NCBI GenBank assembly: GCA_047495785.1
Contig: JBLDXI010000017.1
Coordinates: 2,914,001-2,978,000 of the forward strand
DNA: 64,000 bases
From: Lepidodermella squamata
Lineage: Eukaryota; Animalia; Gastrotricha
Reading direction: 5' to 3'
A program made the translations under genes and the position numbers. Each line of letters starts with the position of its first letter. Position 1 is the stretch's first letter. A model generated the notes under the pieces. That model ran no database searches and was not told the origin of the DNA. It saw only the letters and a list, made by a program, of their open reading frames with translations. Of this stretch, positions 10,855 to 23,900 are shown in pieces.

Positions 10855-13800
10855 TTACAATTGTTCGTAGTCGAGAACGCGACTCAAATTGAGGCTATCG
10901 CTAATTAGGCTCGAGTTTAGCTTGTAAAGCGCACCAACAACTGCGTTTCGGGCTTCTTCTTGGTGATGGCCATTAGCATGACCGTTTGTCGCTGCCGCCA
11001 TTACGCCGGGGCCAACCATTGACGTTAAACGAGCTCGAGTATCCGGATTCTGTGATAAAAAGCTTGAAATTGAGGCTACAACCCATGCAAAATTCAACTT
11101 ACGTGTAAAGCGTGAGAAATTTGCCTTTCACTGATGTTCAAACTACGAGGCCAGTCTGAGATGAATGGGCGCGAATTCGCTGCATCGGAGGCCGTTCCCA
11201 AGCCATCCAAGTACCGCAAAAACACCTCGGAGTGGACTAGGCGGTTAGGCCGAGGCGGAACTGCGTGTACCATCGGTGCCAGAGGGCGCTGGGCCTCCTG
11301 TTGGGCAGGCTGAGAGGCCTGAAAACGAATGGTTTGAATAAGGTTATTTGACGCAAAATGAAAAAATTACCTGTGTATGATGGCCATTTTCGACAACTTG
11401 AGGACGAGGTGTAGGTGCTGACTGGGGTGGCGGAGGGCCAGGGTGCGGCCCTTGATTTTGATACTGCTGTGGCGGTTGTTGCTGGGGCGCCATTGGCTGA
11501 GGGGGCGGGGTCGGCATCATCGGTGGCTGATGCGCGGGGAAACCCATAGGCTGGGGTGGGTGACCTGCAAAGCCTTGATGGGGCGGATACTGCTGAGGTG
11601 GGGTAGGTTGGTAATGCTGTTGCTGAGGCGGGAACTGGTTTTGAGGTGCAGGAGGCCCAGGCGGGTAATATGGCTGGAACTGCTGCTGCTGATTATTTTG
11701 GAAATTCGGCGGCATACCTCCATCCGGCTGCATCATCGGTGGAGGCGCGTGATGACCGTTCATGTAAGGCGGGTGAGGCCCTGGCGGCGCGTACCCATGA
11801 GGCGGCATCATCGGGGGCTGCTGAGGCGGCATGTTACCCGGGTAGGGCTGCATCATTGGCGGTCCTGGAGGGTACGGTTGACCTTGCGGCGGGTACATTT
11901 GCTGCTGAGGCGGATAAGGCTGTTGATGCGGAGGTCTTTGGAAGTAACCAGGCCCACCGGCACCAAACGGGGGCATCTGCATCTGGTCTGGATAGAATGG
12001 CTGCTGCTGAGGCGGCATCATCATCGGCCCGTTCGGGGTCATCACCATCTGACCAGGAGGAGGCCCGCCCCCATTCACCATGCCATGCGGAGGAGGAGGA
12101 GGAGGAACCTGTTGATGCATCATCGGTGCAGGTGACTTGGCTCCATCGATCGACGAAACTGAAGCGGCTTCGGAAGCCATGGCAGCTGCCGCAGCCGCAG
12201 CACGACGTTGACGGCGTTGCTCTTCCTCAACGCGGGCTTCTTCGATATACTTCGCCCGTTGCTCAGCAGGTAAAACTCGCCACTTTTCCGCTATCACCTT
12301 CGCCCGCTCAGCAAAATCTTTACCAGCCATCAATTTTGATATTTCTTTATCGTGATGCATATGACGACTGAAGACAGTCCAGCCTGAGACGGGACCATTA
12401 CCCCGGTTCGACGACTTGACCCCTCGCCCACGATAGCTAGGTCCACCTTTCCTCGACGCAGACATATTCACATCAGAATGCGTGATTGAAGAAGATGGCG
12501 AGTTTGTGATTTTGAAATCGTCACTGCCCATTGCTGCCATGCGCGCAAGTTCGTCGGTTCCGCCTAGCGACGATGACTCATCAGCCATGTGCTGCGCCAT
12601 TCGAATTGCCGAGTCGCAGGTGGATGAAGAGGACGAAGACAGCGGCACGTGGTGAGATTGTTGCGGCTGTTGTGGTAGAGGCATCTGCGCCTTTCGAATG
12701 ACAATGGGTTTCGGGAAGAAAAACACCTCGTCTTCAGTGACATTCGGCGAAAATTTCTTGAAATTCGGAATAGCGACGTTTAGAACTTTCCGGAACCGGA
12801 ATGGCGCGTTTGGCGCTTCTCCTGGTAGAACTTCCGACTCGCAAAGGAAAGTATCCCGCTCTAATATTTCCGGGCAGCGAAGGGTGCAATATTGAGGAGG
12901 GGCCAGCACCAAACACCGGCCAATAGCGCGAGCTAATGGGTGTGTCTCCAACTGAGCACTGAGCAACAATTCACGAGAATTCGGGTCATGAGGACCAGGA
13001 ATGACCTCCAACGGCAAAAACAATCTAGTCCCACAGACGAAAGGAATAACGCCTTCAGCCGTCGTCTGTGTGAATAAACGTTCAACTCGTAAACAAATTG
13101 TTTGATGGGGCGTAATGGCGATATACACGAAATCGCCAAGTTTCACGACGACACGACATGGCCCGTTGCCAATGAGTTGCTCGAAAAGCTGAACATTCTC
13201 ACCCGGCGGCGGAATAGCGCCGCTGGTTTCGCAGAGCGGAACATTTTCACGGAATTTATCCAGGATAGCGATCGCAGGCTGACTTGGATTTGCATTAGAA
13301 GCAGCATCACTTTCGGCCGCTTGCGCTTGTTGCCGAACAGCGAATACTGACGCGACGTTACGGGTCGGTTTTAACGGCGCCGGCCGACGGACTAATCGAA
13401 CGCCACTTGATCCACCTAGATTGAAACCGTCTTCCGAACTCTGCTCGCTTTGCTCGGAATTTTCGCCAGGAATGAAAGCCCCTTTCCAACTGCGAAGTTT
13501 TGAGAAATGCCGGCTGCGCGATGAATAACGAGTGTCGCAGATGAAAACGTCACTTTCAGGCAAACCCTCCGGTTTGAAACGGAAAAAGATTCGAGCGAGT
13601 AGTACGGCGCAACGACCTGCGATAGCCGTGGACGGACCACAGTGTTTTACGTCGGAGATGAAAACTTCATTGCCGAAAAATTTGCGATTGACCATGTGAA
13701 ACGTTTCCTCGGGTCGAAGGAATACATCGCCAGCTATCATTGACTGCCGACTAGTCTCATCCTCCCATATTTTTCGGATTTGGACGATTTTCGACTTGGC

Positions 13801-16800
13801 TTCCGCGCCGGGATTAGCACCGGGGGTAAATGTTTTCACGTAGACATAGTCGTTAATAGAATAGGTCTGGCCATTGCAAGTAACGGTCGTCAAACCGTTT
13901 TGAGACGTAGCTTGCGCTTCCTGAGAATCTTCCTCGCCTTCGTTATCAGAATGCTCGGCATCGTCATGAGGCACCGGGGTCGTGCTAGCACCTATGTCAC
14001 GCTCAACATCAGCCTGCATTTCTGCCAGGCCGTAATGCGCAGCCGGGGTGAAAAGGCGACGGCCGCTCTCAATCAGGGCATCTCGGCGTTTGATAAACTC
14101 CTCTTGCAAATGCACTGAAGCCTGGAAGGCGGGAGTCGCTGGGGCCGATAGCGTTCGCACGTTATGTAAAATTTCGAAGACATCGTCCTGAAACCGGTCG
14201 AGGCGACGATAGCGACCCAGTTCGACGTTCTGGCGAACGCGTTCCAGAGCTGCAAGAGGTGGGATTTGAGACAGGCCACTCAGGGTAGTCGCGTTCTCTG
14301 TCGGGGGAATGAGATCGCTGAAACGCTGAACATAAAACTCGTTCGACTCGCCATTGCCATTAACACCCTCGGCAGGAGCTGCGGGTTCAGCTTTGCACTG
14401 GTGCATAAACGACAACAAATCACGCATCATATCATGAATCGCCCGTAGCGCATCTGGTGGAGGATCGACAACCGCTTCTACTTTCGGAGCAACAGGTTGG
14501 TGGGCATGCGAGTTTTGCGAACCCGGAGCAATGCCGAGAAGTTCTTGTCGCTTCGCATTGCAAACACGAAGAAGAGCCAGTGCATCCCGGTATAATTGCG
14601 AGTCCGGCTCGTTGAATTTACACGAGTTATCGAAGAGAAGGCGGAAATCAGATACAAGGTCATCTAATAAGGCATAGCTTTCTGAGAATAGTCGCTCGCG
14701 AATGCGCGCCACGTCAATAGGACGTCGAATCACTTCATAGTAACCAGGAAACTCAGATCTTGTCGGCAACTTCATAAATGGCACCTGAAACAAGTAATTT
14801 AGTAAAGGTATCAGAGTTTTCGGGGATATCTCAGGGTTGCCCTCACTTGCGCATTTATCACTTGCGCATTTTATTTTTACCCTTATTTTATCGCTTGCGC
14901 ATTTTATCTCAAAAAAATTGAAATATCAAGTGCTCTATTGCCATTTTGTCGTATAATTATACAATATTTATCAAAAAGTTCGACATTTGTGGTACAAACG
15001 TTTTTGTCAACTTTCCATAGTCCTATAACAGACTAGGAGACAGAATTAAAAGCGAAAAATAGAAAAACAGAGTAGACATGTTTTGGGCGCCATTTCAAGC
15101 ACGTGCCGTGCACCATGTGGTGCGGTGAACGTCGAGTGGATTTTCAAACCGTCATTTTTCATTCTAATGTTTTCTGAAACACTTGAGACTGGGCAATGAA
15201 ACTCAACTGCGTTGTTGATGGATGCGAGCATTCCTTCTCTGACGCCCGGGGCTTAGCTTGCCATTATCGGAAGAAGCATGGCCTGTCTAAGGCACAAGTC
15301 GAGGAGCTGAGAGCGCAGCACGTCCTGCGTGACGTGAATGAAGCCGAAGAAGAAGTTCTGGACTTCCCGATTGACGATCGAAGTGGTGAAGGGGAGACGA
15401 GAGCTGAATCAAGAGCATCGATTCGATCTGATTCAAATTCTACAGCATCAAATTCGAGTTCAGCTAATTCAAACTTGTCCGTGTTACCTGAAACTGAGGC
15501 ATTTCCTGCGACCGATAATCAAATCTAACGACGGACTAAAATCATCATCTTATACGAACAAGCAATATTTTTCTTTTAGCATGTTTTTCGATTTTTTGAT
15601 TCGAAATAAACAGTCACTTCTGTCTCCTAGTCTGTTATAGGACTATGGAAAGTTGACAAAAACGTTTGTACCACAAATGTCGAACTTTTTGATAAATATT
15701 GTATAATTATACGACAAAATGGCAATAGAGCACTTGATATTTCAATTTTTTTGAGATAAAATGCGCAAGCGATAAAATAAGGGTAAAAATAAAATGCGCA
15801 AGTGATAAATGCGCAAGTGAGGGTAATTCATATCTCACAATAAGTTGACGACCAGTCTCATCCTCGAAATCGAAAATAGCTTCAAACAAAACATAAAGGG
15901 AATCGACTTTTTCGCCCTTTTCAGCAACCATTCGTTTCCAAGTTGCTTTCAAGTGCTGCTCCAGTAAATGGGCGTCACGATAAACAACGGAATCTTCCTC
16001 GTTATAACTTTTCGCGTTCTACAATGAGGTAAAACTATGACAAAAGCACCACAGACATCTGGTTCAACAAACCTTAAACATGAGGGCTAAATCATACAAA
16101 AGAGCCCGCTCCGAGCGATATTTATTTTCTTCAACCCGCTCCTCAATAGCATACATGTCGATAGGTTCTGAAAACAAATATTTAAGGCAAAATTCTCAAC
16201 AGGATCAAGTAAAAATTTACCAGATACGACATCATAATAATCAGGATATGTGGCTTTTGGCGGAAGGCCGTAGAAGACTTCTATTAATTGCTTGCCATTT
16301 TTCTGAGCAAAAAAACATGAGAAAATTGATGAACATAATGCCGTAATGCTTACCGCAAATGAAGTAATTGAATGAAGCAAGTCCTTCATTCTCTTTTTTG
16401 TACCTTCATCAAGATTAATAACGGGGTTGGAACGTCGCGGTCGGCCACGACGCGGGCTAGCACCGACAGCCGCTGGAGATTTCGATGACGCTCTGTCTGG
16501 GCTATGCGGCTCAGGTTTAGTCTGAATTAAATTAATGAAACATAAAGACTGAAGAGACATTATATACAAAATATATACCCGGAGTTGCCGCTTTCGTTTG
16601 CCATTCTCTGGATTTACCGAGTCGGCATCGTTAGATGTTTCAGCGCTTGCCTTGCGCTTTCTACCACGAGCGGCTTTGGGTGCAGGGGCTTGCTCCTCGC
16701 TATCAGCATGACTTTCCTCATCGCTATCGTCATCATCATCAACATTATCATCATCTTCATCCTCGCCCCCGCTCTCTAATTCTTCAGACTGATCATCTTC

Positions 16801-17061
16801 CGATTTTTCAGGAGACGCTTCCTTTGGAGCGCGTCGCTTTGTTCCATTAGCCGGCGACCGGTTTCTTTTAGCAAGCGGTTCAGGATCTGCTCCATTGCGA
16901 CTATCTTCTCCATTCATTGAATCAGCGATGGATGAGTTTTCGCAAACGGCTTCCTTCGCCCGTCGATTGGGACGAGAGTTGGTTTTCTTTGCGTCATTGC
17001 CCTTACTCTGACCACTAGCACAGCTTTCCGGCGAATGCCGTCGAGTGGCTCCCTTCACCAT
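10855..17061 (-). CDS. PBRM1: Polybromo-1 (BAF180) homologue: 3 bromodomains, 2 BAH, HMG box, P/Q-rich region, conserved C-terminus
   Basis: Bromodomains LPPKATYPDYYDVV..PID..NAKSYNEEDS and MKLPTRSEFPGYYEVIRRPID..NSCKFNEPDSQLYRDA, plus a degenerate one (GRYRRLDRFQDDVF). BAH motifs FLRPEETFH..RKFFGNEVF and KLGDFVYI. HMG box at about 12200-12400. C-terminal PPRPNRLVHSEVFLRYLDGL. About 8 exons. Confidence 0.93.
14834..15829. mobile_element. Mutator-like (MULE) non-autonomous element with long TIRs, inserted in a polybromo intron
   Basis: 8-bp TSD ATATCTCA (14826-14833, 15830-15837). Apparently perfect 206-bp inverted repeat (14840-15045 vs 15618-15823) with CTTGCGCATTT subrepeats. G...C termini. 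The superfamily assignment is inferred from structure. Confidence 0.88.
15196..15528 (+). CDS. 110-aa ORF with one C2H2 zinc finger, cargo of the TIR element
   Basis: ATG-started ORF MKLNCVVDGCEHSFSDARGLACHYRKKH (C-x4-C-x12-H-x4-H), followed by an acidic and Ser-rich tail. It lies entirely between the TIRs. Confidence 0.6.
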   Translation: MKLNCVVDGCEHSFSDARGLACHYRKKHGLSKAQVEELRAQHVLRDVNEAEEEVLDFPIDDRSGEGETRAESRASIRSDSNSTASNSSSANSNLSVLPETEAFPATDNQI

Positions 17062-17899
17062 TATAAAAAAAACCTAAGCAAGAGAATCAGATGGTTAAAT
17101 TAAAAGGCTTTAACATTCTAGATCTTGGATTTTCTCTGAACTCTCGAGATGACGCAGCCACGGGCCACAGAGATTCACAAGACTCAAGAATGCGAATAAA
17201 GATTTACTACATATGAATTAACGAATTCGAATACTTAATAATTAACCTTGGAACGAAATACAGATAAGAAAGAAAAATTTACCTATCTCATATTGATCAA
17301 AGATCAAATATCGGCTCTGAAAAAATTGAAGGCAAACAGTCGATTGGAAAAGCAATGAAAACTCAATGAAAACAATGTAAAATCGATCAAAATCAAGTCC
17401 TTACGTACGTGCATTAGCGAAATCGAGAAGCCAGATGCCAGATGACAGGCGCTTCGCGCATCCCGCAAGCGTAGAAAAACAGGCATCGGTCGGCGGGACA
17501 CAACTCAACAAACAAGGCACGAACGCTTTCTTAAAATCCCGCGCCGCAAAATTTTAACTACTTTTTCTTGTTAAGGTTTCTTCAAATTAAATTATTTATT
17601 AAAAAAACTCAATTTTCAACATTGAAACAAAATAAAATTTATAAATTTATTCACAGAAAATATGAAATTGCTGTAATCCGCCGCATGGTATTTACAGAAA
17701 TCGTCAAGTATCGGGCGCCTTTTGCGCCAGGCCAAACGCAGAGGAAGGATTCCAGCAGGCTTCAACGCAGCCGGTTTGCATCGTGTTTTTGTAACATGTT
17801 GTTACAGACCAAGTCTATTCAATAGAAAAAACCGCATCTCGCTATCACCTTCCGTTGGCATTCTGCCAGACTTTTCTGCTAGCTTCAGCTTTTCAGCTT

Positions 17900-18560
17900 T
17901 CCTGAATCTGAATCTGATTTTAGGTGTTTTTTGGCACCTGGACCCACAGGTCATAAAATCTGTGGTGAGGGTTGGCAGCATCGTTTGGGACACACCCTAT
18001 TATGGCTGGCAGAATCGCGTAACATGTATTGGCGCTGTGTTTAATAACGTCCTAACAAGGCACGCTGATTCTCGTGGTGTGATCTGTTGCTATCGGGTCT
18101 CATCCTCAACAACAGCAAGAACTTGCGTTAATGAATCTGCGGCAACGGAAGCGATGTTTTTAATAAAATAGCACTACTTAGCCGTTGTGTTTCAATTCAA
18201 TTCCTATTGTTCGGCATGGTTTGGAGAGATTAAGATCTTTTCCTGTTCTTCCTGATCGAAAGTCAGCTAGGTATCTTGTTTGTGAAATTTTGGTAGCTGG
18301 TAGAAAAATTCGGCCATATTTGCGCTTCTGTGCGGGTTATGATGCGGGATCAATGCTGGACGGATGCAGATGAGCGCTATAACAACATGAATGTGGGAAG
18401 CAATCTAAGATATGGCGCGTTGCGGTGCAATACGCAAGCACCCTTCCTGCGCAGTGATTCAGGAAGTTTTACGTATATGCCGTATCCCCGATCTTTTACA
18501 GTGCTTTACAATTTTGATCTCCCTAACAATTTCCCGCGTCAAATAATGAGGTAATAGAGT
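17900..18560 (+). pseudogene. Possible highly decayed trypsin-like protease remnant
   Basis: Fragmentary frames TTARTCV (compare TAAHCI) and RFCAGYDAGSMLDGCR (compare MFCAGY..GGIDSCQG), interrupted by stops and frameshifts. Confidence 0.25.
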
Positions 18561-20992
18561 GAGATCACGCGAGCTTCAACTTCGGCCCTGGCCCTGCCGG
18601 TCCTGCAACATTTGTTTCGGCGACGACCCTTAAATCGCGGTATTTCCGAATCCATAGTTGAGCACATTAGACAATCCCAATCATTTCACGCAACCTGAGC
18701 TCTATCCTATATGGCAAATTGCGATCTTCCTGCGACCCTGCAACGAAAAACAGCCATTCGCATTTATTGGAGAGAATTCCCGCTTGATCAGAGCTTGATC
18801 AGAGATTTCCCATCATAACAAGACCGCTCATGTCGAATCAAACAATTATAGCAAATGAATTTCACATTGTAGCAAAATTAAGCTAGCTCAAAAATGCAAC
18901 CAACTCTTCATGGTTTCATGGCTCTCTTCATGGCTCTTCATGGTTTCACGGAATCCTTCTTTTCGAAATGATGGGGTTGCGGAATAAAAAACAACTCGAA
19001 TGGGTACCTTTTCTTGACGTGGGTGTCAAACCATCCGGCGTGATGTTTGATTTGTATCCTGGCCAACTTTCATCTCCGAATGAGCTAAGCTGCAGCGCAA
19101 CATGCGGTGTATATTCATCGCACAAAATCGTATCATTGAAGATCGTCTCGCTGCCTCCGGCTATAAAATTCATCACGCTGGAATTCCATCATCGGCATTT
19201 ATCATCGGCCTTGTATTATATTTATCGGCACTCCAAGTAGCAGGATTTAAAGAAAAAACCAAAACCATGACACTACAACGTTTTATTTAGAGATTGTACT
19301 TTACATCATTCTGCGGCGTGATAACATTGTGAACAGCATGTGTGGCAACTACTTGTCCATCATTAACGCATACAGATAGAGAATAGCACTTTGGGCACCC
19401 TCTATGTGTTTGTTAATAGCTTCATCGTTCCTTCATTCTAAATCAAATCAGTAACTAAAGGAAATTGGTACCAATTGATGTTTCTTTTTACAAAAATTCG
19501 ATTCCCTAATTGTTTTCCATCGCCAAATTATGCGGCATGCAGAGATATAATTCGGTGGCGTGAACAACACGTATCAAACGCTGGTACTAGATACCAACTT
19601 TTGCTTGAAATAAAGTCTATTGCATCTAATGTCATATGACTACTCAGTAAAATCATTGAAATCATGAAAATTAACTTCGCGCACGAGAAACAAGAAACAG
19701 CATTAGAGCAATTGTGAGAAGAAGTAAAAACCTTCGAAAATTATTTCCAAATTATCAAGTACGAGTTGCCAAACAACGTGCTGAACATAATCGCTAGCAT
19801 GCAGTATTCAGAAAAACAATTCCAACGTTACGTAAGTAGAAGAAAGAACCATAACTGTACAAAATATAACAAGCACACAGAGAAGAAACACAACGAGAGC
19901 GCTTATTTTCAGGTAAATATAGTTATTACTGTCGATTTTTATACATTTTTTTGCTGCTTCAAAGTCTTCCGGTATAGCACACCGATGTTGTGTGAACTTC
20001 GAGGTGGTTACACTGATGACACAGTACGACGCGTGTATATGTGTATAAAACGTTCGTATCATATCGATAGAGCTTTGTAAATTCAACGAGGTTCAAAGAA
20101 AACCTAGACGCTGAATTTTGGTAAATATAAGTTTGGGTATAATATTCAGGTAGCAGCTTTCCGGGACTGCGAGATAAAATTTGGACAGGTTAGATAGACA
20201 TATACAGGAGGTAACAAAACAACAGGCATGTGTGAAAAGATTTTGTGACAATTTTTTACCCAACTAGACGAGTGGTTGAATACAATAGTAATATTTACAA
20301 TAGCACAACTTAAGGAAATATCGAAAATGATCAATTTCCTTTATCGCCATTTGCTTTCTCTCGCTCGAATTTTGAATAATAAATCAACACAATCAAACTT
20401 TCATCATTATCTTTCTCATAAGGATAATATAAATTTCTTATGCGATAAACTTTTGTGTAGATTCAACAATTAACCCAAAAGGGTTTGACTTATTGTTCGG
20501 TTATATGTAAATAATAGACTTTCAAAAGAACAAATTCAAATCTGTAGCCTATGGCCAGTTTGATCGGTAGGTAACATGTATCAAATGTTGTCTTTCGATA
20601 GAAGTTTGGCAATCATTCATTTTTTTGTGTAACAACCATTGGGACGATGAGAAGAAAGGTGACCAGGTTAGAACTGCACTCTTTTGAACAAAGCGCAGGT
20701 ACAAGGTAGAGAGAGAAGAGGCGTAGAATAAGGTAGATCAAATCGCAACTAGATGATTGTCTCAATAGAACCTTACATTGGCGTAAAACAATAAATTTGG
20801 TTTCAAGTCCAGGATTACCCAAGGATAGACGTGTTGATCATCGTGTGACAAAGTTACACATCTCGGCAACAACCGAATAGGAACTAACAATTTCCGAAAT
20901 AGCAATAATAACATGATATAAGAATAATAATAATATTCGAAATCAGTAGCAAAAGATAGAGCCATTTTTATCGACATTGTTCATCAATAAAA

Positions 20993-23900
20993 TTACGCGT
21001 GCACTTCGTAGAAGTACTTGTAGGTCGGGTTTTCGTAGCCGTTAGACTGCATATTCACAACATGCCGCTCTTCGGGCGAAATGGCCGTGGTGACAAGCAT
21101 GCGACCGGCGTACTTCCGCCGCGACACGCTGCGGTACACCAGCAGGCCGACAACGAGGATCAGAAGGAACGCGGCGGCGATGGCTGAGCCAATCACAAGG
21201 GCGGTGGAGAGGCCGAGGGTGGACGATGATTCGATCGCAGTGTCGCGTTCGACCTCGGCACGGATAGCACCGATTTCGGCCTTGACCTTGTTGTTGAACT
21301 CGGGCTGCGGCAGTTTAGGTTTCACCTCAACGCCAGCACCCTCATCCTCGTCGTTGAAATCATCGTCGTCTTCGTCTTCCTCGTCCGGGCGGCCGAGCAA
21401 GCCAAGAGCCGGGTCATCCTCATCGTCCTCCTCGCTTGAGTTGACCGGCTCGATGGCTTTCTTCTCGGCGGGCTTCGCAGCGCTGGGTTGAGCAGCCGAT
21501 GGGACGAGGCGCATCATCAAGGAAGCTGCGTCCTCGACGTCCTGGTACGTCTTAAGGTAAGCCGTGATTTCGGGCTTGATTTTGTTGACGTCCTTCTCCG
21601 GCAGCTTCTTGAGCAGCTCCATCGACTGTTTAAGCTGGTCCTCAACGCGGCGAATGCGTTGCTTGAGATCGGTGAGGGCCTTGTCGGCAGAGCTGGGTTG
21701 AATGTTGCGCAGTTTCGAGAAATAGTTAACGGCGTGCTTCTTCTGCTTCTCCTCGATGTCGATGAGATCCTCGAGGTAGTCAGCAACCTCCTCGGCATCG
21801 GCCGGCGCGTTCTGAATAGCGTCGGTCAACCGCTTGGTGGCCAGCTTCTGGCGCTGCATCAACCGCGACTGGATGCGCTGGTCGTGGACATCGAGCAGGC
21901 GGATGTGCTCGTTGTTGCCCTGGTCCTTCAAGGTGTTGAACGAGCGGCGGAACTCCTCCGAAACAGCGTTGAGGGTCGCCTGGTCACCAGCCGTCTGCTT
22001 GACGTTCGCCTTCGCCTCTTCCCAGTCCTTCTTCAACTGCTGCTCGCGGGTGCCGAAATCAGCCCGCCAGCTGACCATGACCTCCTCGAACAACTGCTGC
22101 TCCTTATCGTACTCATGCTCAGTACCGACAAGGTCGCCAGCCAGGTACAACCGCCACAACGGAACGTCGTCATTCTTCGGCGCAACCGGTGGTTTGGCGG
22201 TCGAAGCAGAGGCCGGCTTGGTGGTCGAGACCTCGCCTTCGTTGAAGTAATCATCATCGTCATCCTCATAATCGTCGTCGTCATCATCATCCGCGGCCAA
22301 CGGATCAGCGCTTGGCGCAACAGGCTTGGCGGCTGGTTTAGCCGTGGTCGATTTTACGCCTTGTTTCGCCGCCTTCGCCGGGGCCTGGGTGGGCTTTGGC
22401 GCCGCGGTGGGCTTTTCAGTCTGGGTAATCACAGGGCCGACATTACCGGCCTTCAAATCATTCAAAATCGAGTTGGCATTTTCATCTTCAATCGCGTCTT
22501 CATCATCATCCTCGTCGGAATCTTCGTCCGAGTCAAACTCTCCAGCAGTGCTCAGAGCACCGCCGAAGTTCTGCATCGGATCAGTGGGCGAACGAGGCGG
22601 AGCATCAGCGCCATCGGATTTCAGGACAACTGGGGCTGAAGTCGTGTCAGCTACACCTGATTGCACAAGACAGAAAAAACAAAGGCGGTGATTAATTGGT
22701 CTTGATATGTTTCATCTTCAATTATTGTCTAGTCAGTACAGTCCCTGACATAATACGCTAATGAAATTTGATTCTCGTCTTTAGGCGCGTGCATGGGTGG
22801 GTAGGTAGGCAGCTTAGGTTTCAAAAATCAGCGCAGCTTGACTGGATGCTAAGGTGCGATCGATAATGCAGTAGATTACATGCTTAAATTATTTCGTGTT
22901 TTCGTGTTTTTCAACAGCAAAATAGGCGAGAATATCGGATAATCACGCGGCGCCGCGCGTAGTGGGTAGAACATTAGCATACGCAGAAGCTGTATGAGCA
23001 CGACAAATATTGTGAGAAAATGAGACTAACTCTTCGATTTCGGGCAGCAAACGAATTCGACGCCGCTGAAGAGCTCTGTACCGCACGGCATCAGCATCGA
23101 TGATGACTGGAGCAACATGAGCTTTTTGCCGCACTCCTCGAACGCGCGGCCACGCCATGTCGCCTCCGACAAACACTTCGAGGCATCGTGCACGTGGTCG
23201 AATGAACAGTGCTCAGGCACGAGCAGAGGCTCGCTTTCAAACTGCCCAACTGATGTAAATGAGAGAAAACATTAAGGTAAAAAAAACACTCAGGTTGTTG
23301 CGGCAAAACACTTACCGACACAGCGGTACGGATACACGGTATGAGATTGACTGCAGGTCTTTTGATCACCCTGGCACCAATTGCCAATGGTAGCTGGCTC
23401 GGGCGATTCCATCACATTTGTGATTTCGAGGCCGGGATACAGCTGTAAACAATAACAAGATTTAATTAATATTTTCAAAAAAAATCCCGTTTTAATTTTT
23501 CATCAACGACAAACGAGAGCTTTTCATATGGCAAGGCGCGAAAAAAAATCCGCCTTAATTTTAATTTTCTTTTGCGGTGCTTTATTCAGCTAAAATATCG
23601 TGTAGTATGAATAGCTCCCATCTACCGCGCTTTCAAAATGGCTATTTATCAACGTTTTTTCGAGGATCTTGTCACCGATTTGTATGAAGACTAGGTCTAT
23701 TCACACTTGAGGTTATTAGCCTACGGTCATTTACCTCTCACATCATTATCATCATGTACATGCCCTCTCGTGGTATATCGTCTTCACAAGAGGCACGTTC
23801 AACATCATTAAGTGCCATTTACCGGAGCGGATTCTTTTGATTTGAAGCCGCAACCGAATCAATTAGGTTGTTTTGATTTTTTTACTGAACACAAGAAGCG

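Noticed and set aside
11443-12371. 230-aa and 241-aa + strand ORFs
   Set aside because: Antisense to the low-complexity P/Q region of polybromo.
21488-22639. 383-aa + strand ORF
   Set aside because: Antisense shadow of the GC3-rich APP exon, with no independent features.
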